A stretch of 63,094 bases of DNA, the filler included, from Octopus bimaculoides (Eukaryota): the NCBI RefSeq assembly GCF_001194135.2. It is 6 parts of 6 records of this genome, joined end to end, with 100 filler letters (N's around TTAATTAATTAA, not from the genome) between each part and the next. Parts side by side here need not be neighbours in the genome. Positions count along the whole stretch, not along the records: positions 1 to 15,119 come from NC_068986.1; 5 more parts are not named here. The stretch is one strand, 5' to 3'. A program made the translations under genes and the position numbers. A model generated the notes under the pieces. It had not been told where the DNA came from and ran no database searches. It saw only the letters and a list, made by a program, of their open reading frames with translations. Below are positions 1-11,711 of this stretch, piece by piece; position 1 is the stretch's first letter; every line of letters begins with the position of its first letter.

Positions 1-27
1 TATGTATATGTATATATACACATATAT

Positions 28-948
28 ATGCGAACAGCTATTCTACACGGAAGTGAACCATGGGCTGTGACCTTCGAGGACATAATTAGGCTTGTAAGAA
101 ACGAAACTACTATACTTTGTTGGATGTGCAATGTCATTGTTCATGTAAGCGGCTTGACAGAAAATTTGGGCATAAGAGGCAGCAGATGTAGTGTGCAGGA
201 GAGGCGACTGTGCTGGTATGGTCATGTGATGCACATGGACAAGGCCAGCTGTGTAAAGATGTACCGATCTCCAGCTGTAGAGGGAACCTTTGGAAGAGGT
301 AGACCCAGAAAGACATGGACGAGGTGTTGAAGCATGATCTTCGAACGTTGGGCCTCACAGAGGCAACGTGGCCGATGCCAGTATCGCAAAACTAGCACCT
401 GTGCCGGTGGCACGTAAAGAGCACCTTTTGAACGTTGGGCCTCAAGTGGGGAATGACAAATGACCGAGACCTTTAGCAATATGCCGTGCTTGATAGGCGG
501 TGAGCTGGCAGAAACGTTAGCACGCCGAGAGAAATGTTTGGTAGTATTTCGGTTGTCTTTACGTTCTGAGTTCAGATTCCACCCAGGTCGACTTTGCCTT
601 TCATCCTTTTGGCATCAATAAATTAAGTACCAGTTGCGTACTGGGGTCGATCTAATCGAGTGACCCTCTCCCCAAAAATTTCGGGCCTTGTGCTTAAAGT
701 AGAAAAGAGTATGCCGTGCTTGAGTAGAAGACCCATCAAGTCAAGTAAAATCGTAGTCGTGGCACCGGTGCTGATGGGATATAAAAGTACCCATTACACT
801 CTCGGAGTGATTGGCGTTAGACAGGGCATCTACCCGTAAAAACTTTGCCAAATCAGACTTGAGTGTGGTGCAGCTCCTCAGCTTACCAACCCTGATCAAA
901 CCGTTCAACCCATGTCAGTATGGACAGCGGATGTTAAATTATGATGAT
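28..948 (+). mobile_element. RTE-clade LINE 3' end (decayed C-terminus plus 3' UTR), interrupted by a SINE
   Basis: ORF 28-330 has RLCWYGHVMHM and GRGRPRKTW, typical of RTE C-termini. The sequence ends in a gttaaattatgatgatga tail before (TA)n. Confidence 0.72.
494..709 (+). mobile_element. Nin-domain tRNA-derived SINE with 14-bp target-site duplication
   Basis: Head ggcggtgagctggcagaaacgttagc and core gactttgcctttcatcctttt...aaattaagtaccag. Exact direct repeat tatgccgtgcttga at 480-493 and 710-723. Confidence 0.88.
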
Positions 949-959
949 GACATATATGC

Positions 960-1016
<57 letters not shown>

Positions 1017-1626
1017 TGTATATATAGCATATATATATAAATTTATTTATATTTACATATGCATATATACATATACATACATATATATATATATATGTAT
1101 ATATATGTGTATGTATGTATGTATGTATGTATGTATGTATATTTGTTTGTTTGTATATACGTATGTATATACACACACGAAGGCTTGAACAAAATAATGG
1201 AAACACCATTGTTCTAGTCTGTACATATGGGTTCATATGCACTCCTTATGCCTTGTACTTTATGATAGAAACTTCTGTTTTCCATTTTTATTTCTTTTTG
1301 ACCGTATTCTCTTTTCCGTATCATATGTTTTTTTTCCAATTAATATACTGTTCAACATCATTTATAGTTATAATTTTCAAAAGATAACAATAGAGTAGTT
1401 ATTACATATAATAAACTAAAATGACAGCATCACAATAAAAATTTCTAAAGATTTCTATCGAAATTGTTTCCTATCACACGGGTATTCCTTGCATTAATAT
1501 GTCAATACTGTCTTAACTATTGTTTTACATGAGAATAAAGACACTGCAGATTTTATATATCTTATACGAAATTCAGTGAATATGTAAAAATCAAGTTATT
1601 GTAATCGATATTTCTACAATTTATGT

Positions 1627-2140
1627 CGGAAAGCTGGAAGAATCGTCAGTACGCCGAGTGAAGTGCTTACCGGCCTTTCGTCTGCCTTTACGTTCAGAGT
1701 TCAAAATTCGACAAGGTTGATCTGGCCTTTCATCCTTTCGGGATCGATTAATTTAAGTATTGATTGAGCACTGAAGTCGATGTGATCGACTTAACTCTCT
1801 GGCCCTGTACCAAAACTTGCAAGCAATATTTCCACAATTTAAGGCGGTGAGCTGGTAGAATAATTAGCATGCCAGGCAAAATGCTGAGCGGCATTTTGTT
1901 TGTACTTACATTTTGTGTTCAAATTCCGATGGGGTCGTCCTTGCCCTTCATTCTTTCGGGGTCGGTAGAATAAGTGAACTGGCAGAATCTTTAGCGCACC
2001 AGGCAAAATGCTTAGCGGTATTTCGTCTGTACTTACGATTTGTGTTGAAAATAAGTATCAGTTGAAAATAAGTACCAATTGAACACTGGAGTCGATTCAA
2101 CTCAGCTCCTCCCACAAACCCGCTGCCTTGTGCCAAAATA
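1627..2140 (+). mobile_element. Three tandem decayed Nin-domain SINE copies
   Basis: The agctgg(a/t/c)agaat..ttagc head recurs at ~1632, ~1850 and ~1977. The cctt(t)cat(c/t)ctttcgg core is visible in the first two copies. Confidence 0.75.
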
Positions 2141-2525
2141 GGCAGAAGTGTAGACGTCATTAAAGTGACTAAGGGTAATAATTAGCATCAGCATTGCTAG
2201 AAACAGAAGTCAAAACAATCCATAACCGCGAGAAAGCACTTATCTCATGACTAACAAGGGAAGTAAGTTCTCTACTACACCCGGGCCATAGCCAGATCAC
2301 CAGTTGATTAAAGCTCGTCAGTGGCTTTCACTCGGCTGCCTAGGGTTAAGCTAGCACGCCTTGTCAGTTTATAAGACATACCCGAATGCTGCAGGGTGCT
2401 TGCCTCCCTTGTCAGTCATAAGATAAGTTCTTTCTCGCTGCTATGAGTTGCTTTGACTCTTATTACTAGCAATGCTGGTACTAACTAGTATCCTTAGTCA
2501 CTTTAGCAATGTCTGTACTTCTTCC
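2141..2525. repeat. Fold-back element with ~140-bp imperfect inverted arms (MITE-like, unclassified)
   Basis: 2141-2280 matches the reverse complement of 2385-2525, e.g. taaagtgactaagg/ccttagtcacttta, cagcattgctag/ctagcaatgctg and gcgagaaag/ctttctcgc. Confidence 0.8.
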
Positions 2526-2988
2526 TTTCGGTTGTAAATTGCGAATAAGCCACTTTTATTATTTATAATTTTTCGCTTTTACCCTTTATGAAATAAACGT
2601 ACGATTTCTACGGTAAGTCTTATAAAGGCGAGCCAGGTTAAACCTAGGCAGCCGGGTGATTTTTGATAGTTTTAATCGATTTAAATATTCTTTCTATTTG
2701 AAAATTGGTTATGAAACACGTGTAGTCGTTTTATTATCATTATCTTATGATATTTACTTTGTATTATATTATACTTATTCATTGTGCCTTTACTTATTAA
2801 TTTTTCTATATGTGACAGTGGATTTTCATCGATGAGTTCATGAACCTTGGTTCTTTTCCCTAAAACTATATATGTATATATATATATATACACTCGGTGC
2901 TTGAATCACAATATACACGCTGCCAATCAAAAGTTATATATGTATATGTGTGTGTATGTGTGTACGCATACATTTACACATTCAAGCA

Positions 2989-3019
<31 letters not shown>

Positions 3020-3118
3020 GTGTGTATGTGTGTATGTATGTGTGTTCAGATTTGTATGGTTTATGTATGTATTCTCATGCATGTAGTTGCTTATCTAGAC
3101 ATGCTCATATGTATTTAA

Positions 3119-6100
3119 ATGGTAAACTTCTGGAAAGTTTTACAGATTCTTACAGTTCTAGTGATGGATTGGATCTGTAGTCATCTAATTAGTTTTCTCC
3201 TTTCTGGTTTTGAGGATCCTAATTTCTTCAGATTGGTATTTATGCCGTGGGTTACATATCCCAGGGCCCCAATAATTACAGGTATAAACCTGAACTTGTA
3301 ATCGGGATAGAGTAACTGCAGATTTCTCAATAGTTCAGCATAGATGTTCGCTTTTTCACTGATCTTCAGTTCTATGTTAACATCCGCTGAGCGGCTAATT
3401 TCCACAACTGTCCACACTTTCTCTTCTATATCTCAAATCATTAAATCAGGCATGTTGTCCTCACATTTTACTGAAGTCTTCACTGGTACATTCCACCACA
3501 GTTCCTTTTTATTGTGAGTGGCTACAGCTTCTACCATATTTGTTCTCGGGATTATCCTTCCGATGGATTTCATTATAGAGTGTCCTAACTACAACATCAT
3601 GTCTCATCGGTAGATAATACCGTGATGAGATTTTCGCACAACTGCTTATGATGTGCGTGATATCTTTAGTGTGAACTCCAGAAAGTCTGCATCGGTTGCC
3701 TCATTTTACGGTTTTTCATGCATCTCTATCCCTTTTGTGCATCAGGTACTTAGTTGACATTTCCTGTTCCTGGATTGCAAACGTATACCCTTTCAAAGTG
3801 GGAGATAGTAATCCGGCAATTGGTCAATAATAAACTGCTTTGATGATTGATGTTACTATCATCATGGAGCTTTCTGCTGAAATATTCATGCATAGTCTTC
3901 TGCTCGTATAGGCTCATCCTTTCATCCGATGATATGTTACGGTAGAGTCGTGCGACTTCTTTGGGCATGTTCAGACAAAGAGTGTTGCTGAAGGAGCTGC
4001 CTTCCAAGTTTTATGATGTTATCAGCCTCATGTATGCAAACTTGGTCAAGGAATGCACTTTGTGGTTAAAAGATGTTGCCGAAGGGATATGATGCAACAT
4101 TTAAAGGCATTTTGGATTGATGTTAAGCCTCTGTCGCCTGGTTTTCGTTTAGGAAGATGCGGTCTACGTCACTGTTTATGCGTAAATTATGTGTACTTGT
4201 TAGCATTTTTCGGGTTTTCACATCAATGGCTCGGATTTCATCAAGCGTCCAATCAAGCAGCCCATCAAGCGTCCAATCAAGCAGCACTGCAAACACATTG
4301 TGGGCTACTGTTTTATTGAATGCAGAGAGTTCTGAGGTCCTAGCTTTCTTTATTCAGTTGTAATATTCTTTAGTGACATTTGTTTTGTGACAGGTGTCAT
4401 TGTAAGATATATTTTCATCTACACCTAGACACCTGTAACATTCCTCGTCAGATACAGGGGAAACATTCAAATCATTGATGGAGATGTTGTTAGTCTGGTT
4501 TATAGTCTTCCTCCTTTTCACAACCATATAACAACATTTATCCTGAACAAACTCCAACCCTACATCCTTTGAGAATGTTGTAACTAGGTCAAGGCTCTTT
4601 TTCATCTCATGCATATTCTTTGCATAAAGTTTTAAATCATCCACAAAGAAACAGTGTGTAATTTTGGTATTTTTGTTTCCTTGTGAACCAGTGAGATATC
4701 CTTCAGACTTCCTTAACATGAATGACAAGGGGTTTACAGAAAGTATAAATTACATCACAGAGAGGTTGTCTCCTTGGAATATGCCTTTGCGATACTGTAT
4801 TCTATCGGTAATAATACATTCACGCTTAGTGTTTAATTTCAAGATGGTGGCCCACGATCAGTCAAGTCAGCTATGGCTTTGACTATCCTCACTGGAACTT
4901 TAGCAAGTTGAAGGGCTTCTGGTATCCATGAGTGGGGAACAGAGTCAAAGGCTTTCTTGTAGTCTAGCCACATTGAATCTAGGTTCCTTCTATGCTCTCG
5001 CACATCTGACACCACAGTTTTGTTGATTAACAATTGCTCGGTACGTCCCCAGACTCCCTTCTTCCTAGCTGCTTTTTCTGCTGTTATAATGTTATTGGTT
5101 TCACAATGGTCCTGAAGGAAGAGGTTTAAACATGCTGTATATATCTTATACATTAAGTTTTGGCATACAGTTGGCCGGTAGTTTTTTACCATGTTGGTGG
5201 ATCTGCATTTGGGGATAAATTTTGTCTCTGCCAGAGCTAACCAGTGTGATATACTACTGTTCCCAAAGAAAGCTTACTGAAACAAATTGATAAGATATGG
5301 TCGGTAGAATATTAGCTTCTTATACCAATATCCAACAATCAAGTCTCTTCCAGGTGCTTTTCCGTCCTGTTGTTTCTGGATCACAGTTGCAAGAGTTTCA
5401 CCATCAATGTTGTATGTCTTGGATGTAACGTAGGAGCAATAACTTTTTCGGATTTCTTCCATCTACAAAGCATCTTGGTTAAATTCCTTCCCTCACTCCA
5501 GATTTTCCTCCTGAAGGAGTTAATGTCTTCTCATGAAAGAGCTTCCATGAAGTTTACTGCTCCTCCTCCAATGCCTGCTTTCGGTTAACTTTTATGTTTA
5601 TTGTTCTTCTCTCGGTTATTCTCTTCTAATGTCGGAGTTTTTCACTGATAGCTTTTAGCTCCTACTTGCGGGTAATCAGTTTGCAAGTGAGTGTCCTCTT
5701 TTTGCTCTCTCCAAACATCATTTCTATCTCCTTCTTTTCATTTTGTTGGAGGGACGTATAGTGATTTGCTTGTTTACATGCAATAAGCATCATTACATGA
5801 CAGGTCTTCTGTAAACCAGTTATCTTTTTCTCTGTCTTCAAAATCCATGATGGTACTTTCTTTGTTATTTCAGTTTTGCTTACTTATTGAATATCATTCA
5901 TGTACTGTTTTACATTAGTAGCCAGAGCATATAGACAGGTGTTAATCTGCCAGTATTTAGGTTCATCACGCTGTTGTAAATTTTCATCACCAATTTCGTT
6001 AACAGCTTTTAATACCATATTTGGTGGGGTTTTTTTTTAACTTACAGAACACTCTCGCCTCGAGAGAGTACTTCAAAGCCGAAGTTATTTTTTCTCGGAA

Positions 6101-6555
6101 AATTTCAGTAAAGGCACATTTCACTGGCATACAATACAATCCGGACTACCACTACTACTACAATAATCGTTGCGATTCTGCCTGCTATTTATCATAGTCG
6201 TAGTAGGGGGATAGTTATCAGTTATTTGAGCCAGTAATGTAGTTTGGCTAACAGGCACTATAGAATCTGTTGGAATGACGCTAGCTGCGAAACTACGTGG
6301 TGGTCTTATATCATTCACGCATTCGTTTTTGTCTATAGAGTTGGGAAGAAGGTTAATTTTGGATTTTTTAATGAAGTTACTGTTACTAACCTTCTTTCTA
6401 TGTTCTACAAATGTTGCTTCTTGGCGTAGTTGCTTCGCAGTAAAATGATTTAATTCTGGATGCAAATCGTCCCAATGTGATTTCAATCGATTCATATAAC
6501 CAACAGCAGAGTCTTGCTTCGTTTTTTCATAGCAGTTAAATAGATCATTGTTCAA
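3119..6555 (-). mobile_element. Near full-length decayed RLE-type non-LTR retrotransposon (R4/Dong-like)
   Basis: Collinear minus-strand pieces: N-terminal region (6121-6555), RT motifs KNYRPT, WLDYKKAFDSVPHSWI and FVDDLKLY (4354-5192), decayed zinc knuckle CRLSGVHTKDITHIISSC (~3640-3700), RLE end IPVIIGALG (3181-3417). Many stops and frameshifts. Confidence 0.87.
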
Positions 6556-7325
6556 TTTATAACACCAAGAGAAATGAGTTTTGTAGTTACGGTTCCTTCT
6601 GTAACTACAGGTAGAAAGAATTTACTGCGTGTTGAACTTTTGTCTTCGTCCTTTTCTTCGGTTGTGTTGTTGTTGATGTTGTATCTAGCCATGTTGTTTG
6701 TAGTAACTCTCTGCGTGCTAAATTCAAGGTTCAGTCGAAAATCATCACGATCGTGAATAAAAGGCTTCCTCACTTAATTCATCGGAAGATTAAACAGTTA
6801 TTTAACAAGGCTGATAGTTGTGGCTCCAAAGTTGGAGATAATATTCATCGTATTTTCGATAGTCTCCCACGCCAAATACGCGACTTGTCGCTTGGAGTAG
6901 TGTATGTATGTATGTATGTATGTATGTATGTATGTATGTATGTATGTATGTATGTATGTGTGTGTGTGTATGTACGTATGCAGATCTTTTATATGTGCAA
7001 TTTTTTCTATAGTACGCAGGTGGCTTTCCCCAATTAGCTACTGCCAATTTTTGGATTCGTTTTTCCGATAATATCGAAGAGACAGACGAGAAAAAGAATT
7101 TGCGTAGAAAGCCAAAAAGAGATGGGGTATATCTAGTAGCTTCGTATTTTGAGAGCATATCGCCGGAAGGTTGCTGAGCAAACTCTTAGGAATTACATTA
7201 TTTTAAAGTGTGGGTTTTTTTAAGTGTTAGTTATTTATCCAGCATCACTTGTTCGTCATTATAAAGTATGGTATCATAGATCTTAGTCATTCTCCAGACA
7301 GGATTTACTTGTGTTTTTCGACGGG

Positions 7326-7362
<37 letters not shown>

Positions 7363-7543
7363 NNNNNNNNNNNNNNNNNNNNNNNNNNNNNNNNNNNNNN
7401 NNNNNNNNNNNNNNNNNNNNNNNNNNNNNNNNNNNNNNNNNNNNNNNNNNNNNNNNNNNNNNNNNNNNNNNNNNNNNNNNNNNNNNNNNNNNNNNNNNNN
7501 NNNNNNNNNNNNNNNNNNNNNNNNNNNNNNNNNNNNNNNNNNN

Positions 7544-7598
<55 letters not shown>

Positions 7599-8092
7599 TA
7601 TCTCCTACGCAAGACAATAAAATTCTTTAAATCAGTTAACTGCTAGCGAAAGGTGGCAAAAAAAGGGCGCAGCATAGCAATACAGTTTAACAAAATTGTT
7701 ACTGACCGAAGATTGATACCTGCCTCTGATACGAACATGGATCTAAATACACCGAGTGACAAGATATTCATTCTGTCCATTATCCTATCTACTCAATCAT
7801 GTTTACTGTCTCACATTTAGCATAGAAATATAATTGTTCGCATAAGTAATGATATGTTGCCGTCAGATAAATTAGAGGAATGTTATCATATGTTGGTTCC
7901 TTTTATAAGCATATATTATATGAGAAAATTAGCTTTAAGATCACGTGTAGATAAATATACAACCTAGAGCTTTCAATAGCACTTCAAGAATAAATACTGC
8001 AGACGCATACATAGCTACATCGGCGTATGAGAACAAGCACGGTCACCCTGCATCTCAGCTCACAAATACATATAAATACGCACGCACGCACG

Positions 8093-8136
<44 letters not shown>

Positions 8137-8886
8137 NNNNNNNNNNNNNNNNNNNNNNNNNNNNNNNNNNNNNNNNNNNNNNNNNNNNNNNNNNNNNNNN
8201 NNNNNNNNNNNNNNNNNNNNNNNNNNNNNNNNNNNNNNNNNNNNNNNNNNNNNNNNNNNNNNNNNNNNNNNNNNNNNNNNNNNNNNNNNNNNNNNNNNNN
8301 NNNNNNNNNNNNNNNNNNNNNNNNNNNNNNNNNNNNNNNNNNNNNNNNNNNNNNNNNNNNNNNNNNNNNNNNNNNNNNNNNNNNNNNNNNNNNNNNNNNN
8401 NNNNNNNNNNNNNNNNNNNNNNNNNNNNNNNNNNNNNNNNNNNNNNNNNNNNNNNNNNNNNNNNNNNNNNNNNNNNNNNNNNNNNNNNNNNNNNNNNNNN
8501 NNNNNNNNNNNNNNNNNNNNNNNNNNNNNNNNNNNNNNNNNNNNNNNNNNNNNNNNNNNNNNNNNNNNNNNNNNNNNNNNNNNNNNNNNNNNNNNNNNNN
8601 NNNNNNNNNNNNNNNNNNNNNNNNNNNNNNNNNNNNNNNNNNNNNNNNNNNNNNNNNNNNNNNNNNNNNNNNNNNNNNNNNNNNNNNNNNNNNNNNNNNN
8701 NNNNNNNNNNNNNNNNNNNNNNNNNNNNNNNNNNNNNNNNNNNNNNNNNNNNNNNNNNNNNNNNNNNNNNNNNNNNNNNNNNNNNNNNNNNNNNNNNNNN
8801 NNNNNNNNNNNNNNNNNNNNNNNNNNNNNNNNNNNNNNNNNNNNNNNNNNNNNNNNNNNNNNNNNNNNNNNNNNNNTTAATATGTA

Positions 8887-10252
8887 TTGGGTTGGCAACT
8901 AAGTTCCTGTCGTTTTTTTTTATTTAAGATTTTTAAAAGGTTTAATAAAAAATAACAACTAATTAATCAATAATGTATTCACCCTTGCTGTTTACAACTT
9001 CTTCCCAACGTTCAACAAGATTTTCAATACCTCGTTGGTAGAAATCACCCGATTTCGACTCGAAAAATTGATCCAACCAAGCTCTCAATTCTGCATCAGT
9101 ATTGAACGAAACTCCATGCATAGCATTTAAAAGAGATCGAAAGAAGTGGAAATCTGTTGGTGCCAAATCAGGAGAGTACGACGGGTGTGGTAGCTCTTCC
9201 CCGCCATGCGTTTGAATGGCTTTCTTGGTCATATTGGCGATATGAGGGCGGGCGTTGTCGTGCAGCAGAAGAACTTCATGTTGCCGATTAGGTCTTTTCT
9301 CTTAAATAGCCGTGTTGAGTTGTTCCATCTGTTGAACATAGAGTCCGCGTTGACCGTTTGGTTCCGTTCAAGCAATTCGTAATGGATAATCCCTTCCTAG
9401 TCCCACCATACGCACAACATCGTTTTACGCAGATGAAGATCTTGTTTCACGCGCGGTGTCGCTTGTTTACAAGGGGTAAGCCATTCCTTACGCTGCTTCA
9501 TATTGATGTACAGACACCATTTTTCGTCGCCAGTAACGATTCGGTAAAGAAATCGTTGCTTGTGTCCATGAGTTGAGCGGTGACGAGCAAGCAAACCANN
9601 NNNNNNNNCGATTCGGTAAAGAAATCGTTGCTTGTGTCCATGAGTTGAGCGGTGACGAGCAAGCAAACCAGCGGAGATTGTGACTCGTTGATTTTTGTTG
9701 TTGTCACTTAAAGCATGCGGAACTCATGCTCTACATTTCTGAAACTTTTCCATCGAGTGAAGGTGCTTCTCTATAGCAGTGTGGGAGCATTCCATTTTCT
9801 CTGTCAGTTCCCTTGTTGTTTGACGAGAATTTTCGTTCAAAAGTTGGCTTAATCACTTTTCATCGAACTCAACTGGACGGCCAGAACGAAGTGCGTTTTT
9901 GAGGTCAAAATTTCCATTTTTGAACTTGGCATACAAATCACGAGCGGTTCTTTCAGCTATGGCACCCTCTCTATACGCAGCACAAATGTCGCAAGCAGTT
10001 TTTGCGGCCTTTGAACCTTGATTAAAAGCAGAAAGAAGGAGGTGTCGAAAATGCTCGTTTTTCTTAACTTGACATTCCATTTTAATGATCTGAAAATAAA
10101 CAAAAATTAATTAATATTAACTAGAAAAAACACAAAATAGATTCCAAAATGATTCAAAAATAGAATTCTGAAAAAAAATAGATTCCAAAATTTAAAAACG
10201 CAATAAATTCCAAAATTTAAAAAAAACGGCGGGAACTTAGTTGCCAACCCAA
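8887..10252 (-). mobile_element. Full-length mariner (DD34D) with disrupted transposase
   Basis: ~30-bp TIRs ttgggttggcaactaagttcc(t/c)g(t/c)cgtttt, with TA at 8885-8886 and 10253-10254. HTH region, RIVTGDEKW, HDNARPH and YSPDLAPTD present, with 34 residues between the 2nd and 3rd Asp. Internal stops. Confidence 0.95.
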
Positions 10253-10262
10253 TACTTTGTCA

Positions 10263-10480
10263 GGGCGAATAGCTGGCAGAATTGTTAGCATATCAGGCAA
10301 AATGCTTAGCCGCATTTCGTCCGTCTCTACGTTCTGAGTGCTAATCTCACCAAGGTCGATTTTGCTTTTCATCCTTTCGGAGTCGATATAATAAGTCTCA
10401 GTTGAGGATTTGTGTCGGTGTGAGCGACTTACTCCTCTCTCGAACTTGCTGACCTTGTGCTAGAATTTGAGTCCAATATT
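10263..10480 (+). mobile_element. Nin-domain SINE
   Basis: agctggcagaattgttagc head, gcttttcatcctttcggagtcgat core, ccttgtgctagaatttga tail. Confidence 0.8.
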
Positions 10481-10601
10481 TATTTCGTCAATATTCAGGC
10501 CTTAAATTTATCAAGGGCCGACAAATTGAATATTGTGACAATGAATATCGCAAAAGAACAACGTCAGACAATTTCAATATATTTTTTTTAGACCGTTTTA
10601 T

Positions 10602-10807
10602 ATATTGGTTTCAAATTTTGGCACAAGACCAGCAATTTCGGTACGTGGATAGTTGATTACATCGACTCCATTGTTCAACTGGTACTTATTTTACCCGAAA
10701 AAATGAAAGGTAAAATCGACCTCAGCAGAATTTGAACTCAGAAGGTAAGGACAGACGAAATGCCGCTAAGCATGGCGTGCTAACGATTCTACCAACTCGC
10801 CGCCTTA
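10602..10807 (-). mobile_element. Nin-domain SINE (inverted relative to the 10263 copy)
   Basis: Reverse complement reads aaggcggcgagttggtagaatcgttagcacgcc...ttctgagttcaaattctgctgaggtcgattttacctttcat. Confidence 0.82.
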
Positions 10808-11679
10808 GATCGTTCTATATAAAATTAAAACAAAAAAGATATATGACATAAGTGAAGGAATATTTTTTAAATATGATCAGAAATCTGACTGTGGTCTCAA
10901 CATGCTGGTAGATATAACAACAGAAAATTTTCAATTGCTCACTAATATACACAAGAAAAGCAAGTATAAAGGTAAATATGCGCATTGTTGATGTTCTTCG
11001 CAACACGATATAATTCGCTCTAATATCTTTTCTCATGTTAGCGACAGTCAGCGAATTAGCAGAGTTGTTGGAGCTTTTCTTTATAAAATATCTTTTAGTA
11101 TTTGTTCCAACTCACAGACTCAGAGTTCAAATTCTGCTGTCGTCAGCTTTACCGTTTTTTTTTTTGTTTTTTTTTGTCAATAAATAAAGTACCTGCTCGG
11201 ACGATGAAATGCCGTTTGAGTGAACAAATGTACTGTGTACATTATTTACAATATTTACATTTGACGGATATATGTAAATAATGTACATAATTCCTCATCT
11301 CTTAAATATAGAACTGTAAACGTATTGTGGTATTCGTTCCAGTTCTTTACGCTTTGGGCTCAAATTTTACTTTCTATCACTAGCTTCATATCGGAAACCA
11401 GGGCTACACAAACCGAAAGTATTCGTTGGCTTCCAATATGAAGCAGAATGATGCATCGTTTGAAGCAGTTTGATGATGGCATCAAGGCAGAAGCAAGCGA
11501 ACCCAGCAGTAAGATAATCGCTGGGACAGGTTTCTTTTCCTTAATTGGTAACAATAATCTATTACCTATTTACAATGTTACTTTGGTATAAATTGTTTGT
11601 GTTAATGTAAACCCGTTTTAATTATACGTTTACTCTAATTGTTACTTTTTATATGCATTCACATATTTAAATCTACAAT

Positions 11680-11711
<32 letters not shown>

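Noticed and set aside
4239-4287. 24-bp tandem duplication inside the long retroelement
   Set aside because: Ordinary slippage in a dead element.
9537-9668. ~60-bp direct repeat inside the mariner around a 10-N gap
   Set aside because: Overlapping contig ends; removing it restores a normal ~1.3-kb mariner and a single RIVTGDEKW motif.
11343-11418. Signal-peptide-like segment FFTLWAQILLSITSFISETRA after an acceptor
   Set aside because: No in-frame ATG, weak donor and no link to the SRCR exons.
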